NCBI GenBank assembly: GCA_038087875.1
Contig: CM075991.1
Span: forward strand, 11,968,001 to 12,032,000
DNA length: 64,000 bases
Direction: 5' to 3'
DNA from: Malacoraja senta
Lineage: Eukaryota
Part shown: one piece after another, positions 38,292-53,119 of the stretch
Numbering within the stretch: the first letter of the stretch is position 1
How the letters are laid out: the number at the start of each line of letters is the position of its first letter
The notes under the pieces: model-generated
Databases searched by the model: none
The model's input: the letters and a program-made list of their open reading frames with translations, nothing else
Told to the model about the DNA's origin: nothing
Position numbers and translations under genes: made by a program

Positions 38292-38618
38292 TCTAAGTGA
38301 ACCATCTAGGCTACACCATTACATCACTGACCCCATGGATGTCCCTGGCCAGGACCTGCCCAGAAAGCAGTGGACAACCCTCAACCGCTTGAGGACAGGC
38401 ATTGGACGCTATGGAGTAGCGATGAAGAGGTGGGGCCTCGTGGACAGCGAGTGCCTCCTGCGAGTGTGGGGACCCAACACAGACAGTGGCGCACATAGTC
38501 ACCAGTTGCCCCAAACACCGGCCACCGAATGGTGAACGAGGTGTGATTGACCTGGACAATGACACGTTGGCCTGGCTCGCCTCAACGGAGCTGCAGTTCT
38601 AAAAGACACACGACAGAA
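38292..38618 (+). mobile_element. Vingi/Ingi-like LINE 3' end nested in a CR1 fragment
   Basis: LPRKQWTTLNRLRTGIGRYG...WG, then after a frameshift CECGDPTQTVAHIVTSCP (CCHC). TSD GCATATGCCCA at 38281-38291 and 38619-38629. Confidence 0.75.
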
Positions 38619-38886
38619 GCATATGCCCAACCACCCTCATTTTTGAGTGAAAATGTTGCCTCTCAGGTTCCTATTAAATCTTTCTCCTCTCACCATAAAC
38701 CTATGTCCTCTGGTTCTTGATTTCCTACTCTGGGTTAAAGACTGTACATTCATCTGATCTATTCCTCTCATGATTTTGCACACCTTTATAAGATCACCCC
38801 TCAGCCTCCTGCACTCCGAGTAATAAAGATGTATTTTAAATACCACGTAACTTTCAATTAACTGAGGAAAACAGGAAGAGATGTAA

Positions 38887-39126
38887 GGTGGACACAAAAT
38901 GCTGGAGTAACTCAGCGGGACAGGCAGCATCTCTGGAGAGAAGGAGTGGGTGGTGTTTCGGATCGAGACCCTTCTTCTCTTCAGAAGAGTCTTTTCTTCA
39001 GAAGGGTCTCGACCCGAAACGTCACCCATTCCTTCTCTCCAGAGATGCTGCCTGTCCCGCTGAGTTACTCCAGCATTTTGTGTCTACCTTCGATTTAAAC
39101 CAGCATCTGCAGTTCTTTCCTACACT
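38887..39126. mobile_element. Fold-back Penelope-derived element with 13-bp TSD
   Basis: TSD GGAAGAGATGTAA at 38874-38886 and 39127-39139; near-perfect inverted arms. Confidence 0.85.
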
Positions 39127-39544
39127 GGAAGAGATGTAAAATTGACAGGGTTTTTGATGTCGAGTTTCAGGTAGGGACCAAAACGACACTAAGGCAGAAA
39201 GCGGAAATAATCAGAGCTAACCTTCGAAACTGGATACTGAGGTTATAATATACTGAGGCATAATATACTTCAGCTGAGGGGAAATTGAAACACTGGGGTT
39301 AGCAACCTATTGGAATTGCAGGGGGAGGAAGGTGAGACTACGCTAGTGAGCCACATTTGATCTGCCAGCATTGCAGTAGCTTCAACAGATTGCAGTCACT
39401 GGTTGGTGGTACGATGCTCCAGTCCTCTCCCTGCCAGGCAACAAACCATCTGCTGCACCACTGAGCAGTTCACTCGGGTAGATCCCCAGCTCCATCCAAA
39501 CAACAAAATTACTGCAGAGAATCTAAATGGAACTACCAGGAATG

Positions 39545-39980
39545 AGTAGGTTAACCTATGATGAGCGTCTGTCGGCACTCGTAGGAGTTTAGAAGAATGA
39601 GGGGGGGGACCTCAATGAAGCATACAGAATGGTGAAAGGCCTGGATAGAGTGGATGTGGATAGGATGTTTCCACTAGTGGGAGAGTCTAAGACTAGAGGT
39701 CATAGTCTTAGAAGTAAAGGACGTACATTTAGGAAGGAGATGAGGAGAATTTCTTTAGTCAGAGAGGGGTGAATCAGTGGAATTCTTTGCCACAGAAGGC
39801 TGTGGAGGCCAAGTCAGTGGATATTTTTAAGGCAGAGATAGTAAGATTCTTGATCAGTACGGGTGTCAGAGGTTATGGGGAGAAGGCAAGAGAATGGGGT
39901 TAGGAGGGAGAGATAGATCAGCCATGATTGAATGGTGGAGTAGACTTGATGGCCTAATTCCACACCTATGACCTTATGAA
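39545..39980 (+). mobile_element. CR1/HER1 LINE 3' fragment
   Basis: LTYDERL...EFRRMRG and TRGHSL remnants plus the 3' tail. Confidence 0.8.
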
Positions 39981-41499
39981 CGAGAAGTGTGAGTCAGGCA
40001 GAGAAAAACATGCTTGAAGAGTGGTGCAGTGGGTAGAGCTGCTGCCTCACAGCAACAGGGAACCCTGGTTCGATCCTGACCTGGGGTGGTGTTTGTGTGG
40101 AGTTTGTACATTCTCCCTGGGACCTCGATGGTTTCCTCTGGGTGCTCTGGTTTACAGTTCAGTTTATTGTCACGTGCACTGAGGTACAGTGAAAAGCCTT
40201 TTGTTGCTCGCTATCCAGTCAGCGGAAAGACTGCACATGAATACAATCGAGTCATTCGCAGTGTTGCTGCAGGAGTAGGCATTTAAGAGTGTGGAGCGTA
40301 GATCTGATTCTGTTATATCCTCCCACATCCCAAAGATGCGAGTGTTTGTGGGTTTATTTGCCTCTGTAAAACTGCCCCTAATGTGTATGGAGTGGATGCA
40401 AAAGTGGCATAACAGAGAACATGTGTGAACATGCATGGCCAGTGTGGGCTGAAGGGCCTGCTTCTATTCTGTATCTTTCAACTCAATTCAATTAAGGTGA
40501 AGGGGAAAAGATTTAATAGGAATCTGAGGGGTAACTTTTTTTTGTGGGCTAATTGGCTTAGTAAAATTGTAATTTGTCCCTAGTGTGTGTAGGATAGTGT
40601 TCATGTGCGGGGATCGCTGGTCGGTGCGGACTTGGTGGGCAGAAGGGCCTGTTTCTGCACTGTATCTGAACTAAACTAAGTCTATTGAATGTGCTGCCGG
40701 GCGTGGTGGTGGAAGCAGACACGTTGGTGGTATTTAAGAGGTGTTTAGATGGGCACCTAGATTTGGAGGGATATGGATCACGTACAGGCAGAGGAGATGC
40801 AAGTTTAACTTGGCATCATGCTCAGCATAGACATTGTGGGCTGAAGGGCCTGTTCCTGTACTCAGCCCTTCCATGTTTTACCTATGACCTGTTTTCTATT
40901 GGTTAGGGACTCATCTAACATTGGAAACTGTCTCGTCATCTTATGGAACCCATTCCCAATATTAAAGTTATCTACCAGATTCCTCCCTGCCTCAATAGAG
41001 CCCTCGTCTACGTGAGAAAATACTTTTTCACCCAGAGATTTGTGAATTTATGGAATTCCTTGCCACAGATCGTAGTGGAGGCCAAGTCATTGGATGGATT
41101 TAAGAGAGAGTTAGATAGAGCTCTAGGGACTAGTGGAATCAAGGGATATGGGGAGAAGGCAGGCACGGGTTATTGATTGGGGACGATCAGCCATGATCAC
41201 AATGAATGGCGGTGCTGGCTCGAAGGGCCGAATGGCCTCCTCCTGCACCTATTTTCTATGTTTCTATGATGAAGGGCTTGGAGTGGCCTGTCTATCCTTG
41301 CCCATTGACTACTGAGGAAGCAAACATTTGGACCTTTAATCTTCAGTCTGAAGAAGGGTCTCGACCAGAAACGTCACCCATTCCTTCCCTCCAGAGATGC
41401 TGCTGCCTGTCCCACTGAGTTTTTGTGTCTATTTGGATCTCTAAGATGGACCAGCAATATTTGTTTTTGATCCCACATCTTTCTTTAACAAAGACTGTG

Positions 41500-41891
41500 G
41501 TGGCCACGCTAATATTGGTGATTGTATGGGTTGGTTTGGCCGGTGTTGAGGGGAAGGGGAAGGGGAGGGGAGACAGGCGCTGGGAAGCATACGTTGAGCG
41601 GGGCTGTGTACCTGGGGAGGCGAAGTCTCCCCCCGGAGAAACGGCGAGTGGTGGATTATGCAGCGGATTGACGTCGGATCAGCTGTTGCCAGGAGGCTGG
41701 TCCTTCGAGTACACAGCAGCGTCTGAGACGGAGGGAGAAGGAGATGCACTTGGAATGAATTCAGCCCGCAACCCCATCCTAAATTAAATATAGAGAGAGA
41801 GAGAGAGAGAATAAAACCAGTTGAACGACAGGCAGCTGCGATTTTGCTTGTCGCTTCCCATTGAAGAGTTAAGCAGAAGCTGCAATTCCAG
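41500..41891 (+). promoter_or_regulatory. Putative promoter and non-coding first exon of an unidentified + strand gene
   Basis: TE-free GC/CpG-rich region. CRE-like TGACGTCG at 41669-41676, E-box CAGCTG at 41680, GA-repeat leader, donor CCAG|GTAGGT at 41891/41892. Confidence 0.5.
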
Positions 41892-42271
41892 GTAGGTGCA
41901 TTGAGGAATCTGCTTCACAGTCGGTTGAATGCGGGAATTCATTGCAGGGGAGAGAGGGATCGTGGCTGCCTAAGGGTGGTTGTACAATGTAACCCCCTCC
42001 CGCCCCCATCCCCACCCTCGGGCCGGCTGGGGCTCAGAGGGACCAGGGGGTTGTGCATGGAAAGGGGCTCCTTGTGCCCACGCTAACACCCACCGCCCCT
42101 TCACAACGGGGGAGGGGGGGGGGACGATGGGCAAGGGATGGGGGTGCAGGGTGCAAGTGCCATCCACGGTCCCCACCCCCCTTGTAAAAGCAAGGGGGCA
42201 AGGGGGGGGGGAGCAAGCAAGGTGGGGGGTCGCTGACAGTCGCGCCCAGTGGGCTGGTCACCCATTTCATT

Positions 42272-42292
42272 TTCAGCACCTTGGACAGAGGT
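42272..42292 (+). promoter_or_regulatory. RE1/NRSE (REST-binding site)
   Basis: TTCAGCACC-TT-GGACAG-AGGT: both half-sites are exact, with the canonical 2-bp spacer. Confidence 0.85.
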
Positions 42293-42631
42293 CCCCACTG
42301 GTCGCGACTGCCACTGCCTCTGGCTCGGGATAGCAGGCACGACCCAGAATGGCCGTCCGGGCTCCGAGCACGGATCCTATCTGAAATAAATCAAACTCAT
42401 CCGCAACCAGACAGCAATAATTGCATGGTTTCTCCCCCCCCCCCTTCCTTCCCGCTGCGGGTATGAGATAGACCAATAATTTATAGTTATTTATATAAAT
42501 TATTATTATTATTGTTATTTTTTGTTGCCTTATTTTATAAAAATCTATTTGTGCGGCTACTTTCGTACTTGTTGTGGGCGGGAGTATCAGTGTGGGGAAT
42601 GTCACTGTCGGCAGAAAGCAACACACTCCCC

Positions 42632-44491
<1,860 letters not shown>

Positions 44492-45619
44492 TGTGCTTCC
44501 ACCCACGCCGAGAGCTTTCGTTTCTGCTCTGCACCAACCCCACACATCCCAGCCTCAACCCCCCCCCCCCTTCGGCCAGCACCAGTCACGGGTGAAATCC
44601 GTGCAGAAACCCCGCAGCCCGGGCGGAGATTGTCGTCTTGGGAAGTTTACCGAGGGTCGAGGGGTCTGTGGTCAGGCATCAGGGCAATCTCAAGGCCCCC
44701 CCCCCCCCATACCCCCCCTCCGGCCGCCCAGTGTGGGGGCGAGAAACGTGTACCAGTCACGGGATGTCCTCATGTAATAATCTGTTTGGCATACAACCTT
44801 CATCGCCTCCACAAGTGCCACCAACATAGCACTCAATGTTTTCACTGCTGGAGGTGTGCGTCAGATTGGTGGTAAATTATTTGTAGCGAGGGCTGGCAGG
44901 ATTAGCACAGTAGCCATATGATAGGAAGTGGAGGCTTAGAGTCCCAGAGTAATACAGCAGGGAAACAGGCCCTTTGGCCCGACTCGTCCATGCCGAACAA
45001 GATGCCCCATCTAAGTCATGGGACCATAATTATTCAGCACAGAAACAGGCCCTTCAGCCCATCTCATCCATGCTAACCAAGCATGCCCCATCCACACAAG
45101 TTCAATTTTCCCATGTCTGGCCTATTCTCCTCTAAACCTTGTAGGAAGGAACTGCAGATGCTGGTTTACACCGAAGATTGACACAAAATACTGGAGTAAC
45201 TCAGCGGGATAGGCAGCATCTCTGAGGGGGAACTTCTTTACTCAGAGAGTGGTAGCTGTGTGGAATGAGCTTCCAGTGGAAGCGTTGAAGGCAGGTTCGT
45301 TTTTATCATTTAAAAATAAATTGGATAGGTATATGGACGGGAAAGGAATGGAGGGTTATGGTCTGAGTGCAGGTAGATGGGACTAGGTGAGAGTAAGTGT
45401 TCGGCACGGACTAGAAGGGCCGAGATGGCCTGTTTCCGTGCTGTAATTGTTATATGGTTATATGAATGGGTGATGTTTCGGGTCGAAACCCTTCACGAAA
45501 TGTCACCCATTCCTTCTCCCCAGAGATGCTGCCTGTCCCGCTGAGTTACTCCAGCTTTTTGTGTCTATCTTCGGTTTAAACCAGCACCTGCAGTTCCTGC
45601 CCACACCTATGCACTCCTT

Positions 45620-45789
45620 TCACCATTTATACCTGGCCTCCGCTTACTCCTCAGGAGACACAAGGCGATTGCTGCCTTTCCACAAGTTCCTTCTCCATTT
45701 TGAGTGGTTGAGCCTGGGATTACCAAGAGTTGATATGGGTGTTACATCTTTCCAAGGGTGTTTGGAGATCATCTTTGAAGCATTTCCTC
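45620..45789 (-). mobile_element. RTE-clade LINE 3' fragment cut by the gap
   Basis: RKCFKDDLQTPLERCNTHINSW resembles the RTE ORF C-terminus. Confidence 0.55.
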
Positions 45790-45989
45790 NNNNNNNNNNN
45801 NNNNNNNNNNNNNNNNNNNNNNNNNNNNNNNNNNNNNNNNNNNNNNNNNNNNNNNNNNNNNNNNNNNNNNNNNNNNNNNNNNNNNNNNNNNNNNNNNNNN
45901 NNNNNNNNNNNNNNNNNNNNNNNNNNNNNNNNNNNNNNNNNNNNNNNNNNNNNNNNNNNNNNNNNNNNNNNNNNNNNNNNNNNNNNNNN
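45790..45989. other. Assembly gap (200 N)
   Basis: Run of N; the round length suggests a placeholder of unknown true size. Confidence 1.
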
Positions 45990-46844
45990 CCCCTCCCCTC
46001 CCCTCTCCTCTCCTCTCCTCCCTCCCCTCCCCTCCCCTCCCCCGCACACACTCTGATACAAGTGGCGATAACACAAGTGGGACAAGCTCTGCCCGCGGAC
46101 AACCCTGAGCTCCGAGTCCCTGCACCTCTCATTAAACCTTTTCTCAATCACCACAAGCAGAATATATTTGCAGATGGCATCATTTCCTGCTCAGCGTACA
46201 GGGTTTTCATTTATTTCTGGCAGACTCGCCTCCTGGGCTTCGTGTCGTTCAAACATTCCTTAGAGAGGGAGAGAGGGAGAGAGAGAGGGGGGGGGGGCGG
46301 ATGAAATGTTATTTATTTGGCAAATAAATAATATGGCGAGACTCAAAACTGTTTAGATGCAAAGCCCGAGGTCGGTCTCGATCCCGCAACTCGAGGTTCA
46401 ACCGGGCTGGGGATGGGGGAGTTGAGAACGCAAGTTAGAGTAGAAGTAGGCCATTCGGCCCATCGAGTCCTATCATGGCTCATCTCTGCCTCCTAATCCA
46501 ATTTTCCTGCCTTCTCCCCATAACCCTTGACACCCGTTCTAATCAACAGGTTAGTCTGTCTCTGCCTTAAAAATATGAGGCTGGGTTCCACAGATTAACC
46601 ACCCTCTGACTAAAGAAGTACCTACTTTCTAAAAGTGCGCCCGTTAATTCTAAGACTATGACCTTTGGTCCAGTGGAAACATCCTCTCCACACCCACTGT
46701 GGGGACAGATCTGGAGAAGTGGATGGGGTCCATGAGGCAGGGAGGTGACTGATGGGTGGAAAAAGCTAAGAGGTTAGTGGGAGAGGGAGGCTGATAATGA
46801 GATGAGTCTTGTGTGGGATTGGGGAAAATGGAAATAGGGTGAGA

Positions 46845-47190
46845 AATAGATCGGGTAGATGCACAGAGTCTCTTGCCCAGAGTAGGTGAATCGAGGACCA
46901 GAGGACATAGGTTTAAGGTGAAGGGGAAAAGATTCAATAGGAATCTGAGGGGTAACTTTTTCACACAGAGGGTGGTGGGTGTGTGGAACAAGCTGCCAGA
47001 GGAGGTAGTTGAGGCTGGGACTATCCCAACGTTTAAGAAACATTTAGACAGGTGCATGGATAGGACAGGTTTGGAGGGATATGGACCAAACACAGGCAGG
47101 TGGGACTAGTGTAGCTGGGACATGTTGGCCAGTGTGGGCTAGTTGGGCCACAGGGCCTGTTTCCACACTGTATCACTCTATGACTCTATG
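46845..47190 (+). mobile_element. Young CR1/HER1 LINE 3' end
   Basis: PRVGESRTRGHRFKVKGKRFNRNLRGNFFTQRVVGVWNKLPEEVVEAG plus the tail. Confidence 0.9.
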
Positions 47191-47354
47191 GGTGAGATGG
47201 TGGTGGGAATAATCCCACTGATCTATATGCAATAAAAAGGATTTCACTGTACCTTGGCAAATGTACATTGAATGGGGTCAGAGAAAATGGATGGTGGCTG
47301 AGAGGTCAGATTCAAGAGGGAAGAGCAATGGCGATGGCAATGGACACAGGGAAA

Positions 47355-47830
47355 GTGATCTGTCACAGCAAGAAATTGCAGAGAGTTGTGGATGTAGCCC
47401 AGTCCATCACGCAGACTAGCCATCCCATCATCAATTCCATCCACACTTCATGCTGACTCGGGCAAGCAGCCAGTATAATCAAGGACTTTTTTTTCACTCC
47501 TGTTTCTTCTCCCCTCTCCCATCAGGCAGAAGATTTTAAAAAAGCTTGACCACCAGGCTTCCTCCACTCTGTCATCAGACTTCTGAATGGTCCTTCTATG
47601 AGTTACGGTGTAGGCCCGATCTTCCAACCTACTTCATTGTGGACATTGTACTTTTTCTCTGGAACTGTTACGCTACAATGCTGAAAAACTATATTCCACA
47701 CTCTGGTATTTTTTTGTCTTTGCTCTACCTGTTGTACTTGATTGTAATCATGTATATTGTTATCTGATTTAATTGGACATCATGCACACAATAGCTTTTC
47801 ATCGCATCTCAGAGCACATGACGATAATAA
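47355..47830 (+). mobile_element. Rex1/Babar-type LINE 3' end (related copy on - at ~32790-33070)
   Basis: KKLQRVVDVAQSIT...PLPSGR remnants, then a 3' UTR ending in AATAAA. Confidence 0.7.
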
Positions 47831-50800
47831 ACCAATATCTGCAGAAGAGACTCGGACAAGTAATGGCCGTACATGACAAATTCTCATGAACTGCTCCAAC
47901 CATTGGCCACTTCTAAAGGCACTTGGGGCCCTCTCCAGATTCCCTTCACCACAGAGCATTCAGCTCAAAATAGCCCACCCGCACTCCAAATGTAGGAATG
48001 TTGAGTATACAACTAGACTGGTTGCAAATTCAAGGAGATAAAGCAAGAAAATGTCAGCCATGGGTGATGTCATAAAAGTTACAGCATGGGAACAGGCCCT
48101 TTGGTCCACTGAGTCCATGCCGACCCATTCACACTTTCACATCCCTACACACTGGCGGCAATTGATGGAGGCCATACAACAGGAGCTCCCATAGGAAGTC
48201 TATGGGGTCTCAGGGAGAACGTGCAAACTCCACGCAGACAGCACCCACCGACAAGACCGAACCCGGGTCTCTGGCGCTTTGAGGCAGCAGCTCTACCAGC
48301 ACCAGTAATCCCAGTAACATGACTGACAATATCCAGCAGGGCACTCTTCTGTAGGAACGTGCTCAGGTACTGGGGAAATACTGTCCTGCTCCTCACAACA
48401 ACAGTAACAAAGTTAGAGCCCACGGAACAAATAATATATCTGGGAGAAAGTACCTGGAGAACGACCCAGAACAAAGGAATGTTTTGTGAAATTAATAAAC
48501 CAGATCAGATTTGGGGCTTTAAAGAGCCTTCAATGCAACAAAATGATTTTCATTCTCAAGATGTGACAGATTTGTACGGTCAAATGGAACTGATAAAATC
48601 TGATTTAGAAATCCATGCAATGCTATATTTCCTGGGTACAAGCCAGGAATTCTTTTCACTTGGTTGTGCTCAAGAGGCCAGTTATAGGAGATAAATTATA
48701 GCAGATATTTCAAAGACAGGGAGAGAGGGGGACGAAGGGGGAGGGAGATAGAGAGAATATAACAACATTTAAAAGACATTTCAACAGGTACATGGATAGG
48801 AAAGGTTTAGCGGGATATGGGACAAACCCGGGCAAATGGGACTAGCTTAGATGGGGCATCTTGGCTGGCATGGGTGAGGTGGGCCGAAGGGCCTGTTTCC
48901 ATCCTGCATGACTCTAGGAGATGATTCCTCCATTTCATTAGTAGCTCCTTTTACCAGCTGCCTGATGCACTTGAGAACATTCAGAACTGCAGCTTTCCCA
49001 ACTATTAGTCCCAGGGGGAACATTTGCATCATTCTGCTCTGCTGTTTAATAAACATGCCCAAGTACATCAAAGCTTACGTAAAAGACGGACTCCCACATC
49101 ATTGAGAGTTGTTCCGGGCGTGCGACATGGTCACTGCACGATTGCAATGGGACCACGGAGACAACATTCCCGGAGATGTTACTTGCAGTGTGATCATGCG
49201 ATCCATCAATTTTTGGAGAGAACATTTCAAAGTTAAGCACAGGTCAGAAAATATACATTCAGTCATTGTCCAAGATGTTTTACAGTCCAACCTTGGTTTC
49301 TTGGCCATCATTTATCCCTCAAAACATCAGTGAAACAGATATTGCAACTTTGTTTTATTTGTTAGATTGCAGTGTGCAGTGAAATCTCAAAAGTGCTTTC
49401 TGAGCTTATAAAACACTTTAACATCATCACTAGAGGCTCTGTGAGCAGCGAGAGTTGGAAAACATAAAACCTTTATGAATTTCAATGGTCATACCTATCC
49501 TCAAAACTGCGCTTAAGTGTGGAAACAAAGATGCAATTACTGTAAGTAATCTTTAATGATACACAACACGGGAATAAAACGGCTTTACTGCTTATTGGGA
49601 GATACTTTTAATAAGTTGAGCAACTACTGTTTCTTCCGGGTTCAATCCTGATCTCGGATGCTGTCTGTGGGGTGTTTGCATGTTCTCCCCGTGACTGCAT
49701 GGGGTCCCTCCAGATGCTCCGGTTTTCTCCCCCAATCAATCAGCCACTCTAAATAACCACTTGTGTGTGCGTGTGGGTGAGTGGAAGGATCAGGGAGGAA
49801 TTGATGGGAATATGTTGAGAATAAAAAAACAAGGAATAATGTAAATAAGTGGTTGATGGTTGAAGGGTCTTTTTCCCATGCTGTATGTCCCCACGACGTA
49901 GTGTTTTCTTGCAAGGTATTCGAGAAATACCAGCCTAGAAATTCTAGAAATACCAATCTCTCTTGTTTTGGAAATTAAGAAGCATCCATGGTAATAATGA
50001 ATATCAACCCCCTGCTTTCCAGAGCCCCCTCCCATAGAACACTATTTTTACTGGGGATAGTCCCAGGGACACTCCTTCATCTGTTGCATCACCAATGTGT
50101 CCCCATGTACATCAATTGCTGGCAGACCATCCACTGCAAGTTCCACCAACCCAGTCCATATTTCTGCAGCTCACTGCATGAAGGCGGCTCTCCTGTTACC
50201 GACATTTGAATGACAGAAATTCGCCCTTGCAGAATTCACAAATCAAGAATCACATCAAATGTTTGAGATTTGGAATAGAATTCACCCTCACACAATGAGG
50301 AGGGGGGAATCAGCAAAATATTTCTTTCCAACTCGCATTTCTTGATGTCTGTACAAATGACACAGCTTTGCAATATGAAAAATGGTGACACGGCCCATTT
50401 TCTAGGAGCGCAGTGCCCCCATATCAAGGGGCAGCCTGTAGTAAAGACAGCTGAACAGTGGCTGATTCGCCTCTGCTCTGATTGAGGTGTGATGTTCATT
50501 GGAGATTGTCGGGACTTTGCCCTGTGCTAGACTGCAGCAGCCTCACACTATATCCCGGAAGTACGTTGTGCAAAAACAAAAAGGCTTCACCAAGGTTTGG
50601 AAGGCAACAAAAGACCCAAACTAAAGCATACACACTATTCATACACTCAACTCGAGCACAGCATTTGCATTGGCTTCAAGGAAGGCTTGTGCCTGGGCTG
50701 AGTTGCTGAGCAGAAATGGAGGTTCCAAAGAGCTGGTGGCCTCTAGGTTGTTGTGGAATCAGCGCTGGAAACAGATTTGAAAAATGCATGATAATTTGAA

Positions 50801-53119
50801 CTTGAGAGGAGAAACTTCATCTAGATTTTCTCTTATGATTGCTGTCTAGCAATCCTTTCATGGAAAGTATGTACAAGATTGAAAACGGAACAGGGCAAGG
50901 CTACTCGCTGACATTTAATTCATATTTTTTAGAGTTTCTGGTGTTGTCTAGATTATCATGCTCCAATGATTTAGTCCAGTTGAAATTGTAATGCAGATGA
51001 TCTATCATTACTGACACGCCAAGTTCCTTCAGGCATATTTGAGTTAAGTAATAACAGAGACAACATGAACCTCCCAAGGGAAGAGCGGACAGTGGACTAG
51101 AGGATCAGATGCATGTGCAGCTGAATCTAATTGACCTGTTTACTCACCATTCCCCACTAGAACACAACCATGGATCTGTTATTGCTTAAATCCAATAAAC
51201 TCAAATCCTTTGGCACCTTTCACAATAGAAAAGCAGCGAAGCACTGAACTAATAATTTAACACAGCACGGAATTAGAGATAATCAAATCGCTCCAAATCA
51301 CAAAAATCTGAGTTCCTAAGGTCCAATAAAATCTCTCTTGTTTTCTTACCTTCAGCAACAAATACATAGGACCAGGTAGATATAAAGAGAATGGTTCAAA
51401 GAGGCACACAGGGCTTCTGTGATGTCTTGGACAATTTTACTCTTTCATCTATCACCAAACACTTTGAACAAATCCCTCTATTGTTGGTTTGGTTCCTGTA
51501 CTGCACAAATCAACTGCTGCATGCCTGCATCAAAGTGGCCACAATTCTGAAGTGATTTACTGCCAGTGAAATATGGTCAGAGTCATATACGTCTCTTGTG
51601 CTTTCATAGTTTCTAGGTATTACAGACTTCTTCCAAACTGCATCATCCTATGATTTGAGTATCCTCAGAGTTTGGTTCTGATGTTGGAGATTAGTTTGAA
51701 ATATTAACCTGTCTTTTCTGTCAAACACTGACTGAGTTAAAGTCAGTAATCAGGGCAGAGAACTGCCTGCTGCGTCAGCCAGGCTCAGAGCAGCCCATCC
51801 AGCAAGGGCTAGCATCACTTCCAGTTACTCAGGAGTGAATAAAAGAAGAATAGGATCTATTTGTCACAGGTGCAGGCCCTTCGGCCCACCGCATCCAACC
51901 TGATCGTGATACCTATCTACGTTAAGAACTACCAGACCAAGTGGGACCTGTTGGGTCCCTGTCACAAGGGAGGCCTGGTCCCCCAACGCAATATTCCACC
52001 ACTAACCCATAGCCCCCAACTGCACTGACCTGGCAAGATGAATATGAACGCATCTCACTCTCCCCCAAGATGGTGAAGCAACTCAGCGGGACAGGCAGCG
52101 TCACTGGAGAGAAGGAATGGGTGACGTTTCGGGTCGAGACACTTCTTCAGCCTGAAGATGCTGCCTGTCTTGCTGAATTACTCCAGCATTTTGTGTCTAT
52201 CTTCAAATAAAGTAATAACTGTAATACCAAGTGCATAATCCCCATCATCAGGCACTTTATATAACATGCCCCGCTCTTATTGATTCTAACCCTGGCATTT
52301 AAGGTGACATTTCCAGATTAAGATCTTTATAAAAATCTTCATGATTCTCGAAATAATTCAGTTCAGTTCGCCCCCACTTGTTGATTCAATTTTGGATCGC
52401 TGCCCTCCAAAGACATTATCCCCTCTACGCCAGTACACCAGGAACCAAAGTGGCCAGAGGATCATTGGATTCCCACAGCTTACACGCATATCCCTTTGGT
52501 CATCAGTAAGGAGAGCGTAGGGGGGAAATAAGTTGTTTTTTCTCACTTTCAGACTCCTCGTTTGTGCTTTCTGGTTTAGTATTTTTAGACCGATCAAGTA
52601 TTCTGTGCATCTCTTTGAAATATTATTTAATGTCCAAAATTCAGAACCAAGCATATCTCCCAAGGTCCCATCTTCCAGTTAGTGGTTTAGTATTAAACAC
52701 CTTAAAGGTATGCTTTTATTTGAAAAGAATAGACTCCTCCTGATCTCCTGAGCATTATTGTCAAAAGCCCATTAACCAGATATGATGCTTATTGTGATTT
52801 TGTGAGATTGCTGGACCCACCAATGGCTCACCAACAAGACAAAGCAATTCATTGTGTAAGGCAGTGCCTTCTGAAACACCAAACCAGACAGGTCTCAACA
52901 CAGGATGTCAGTCTGGTGCAGGCCAGGCCAGGCCAAACTGCACATTATAATGACTACACTTTATTTGTCAGATATTTTTTCTATGGGCGAGTTGCACTGC
53001 TGTGGAAAATATCACATAACATTTCCGTACATAAGGCACTTTGCCATTTCACTGAAATGCAGGAAAGATGTCCCTCTAGTGGTAAGAGTTGGATTTGTGG
53101 CTTACTGTGCTCAGAGTAA

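Noticed and set aside
41425..41787. 120-aa + ORF with a hydrophobic stretch
   Set aside because: It starts in a repeat arm, resembles no family I recognise, and overlaps promoter-like sequence.
45561..46304. ORFs spanning X runs
   Set aside because: They read through the N gap.
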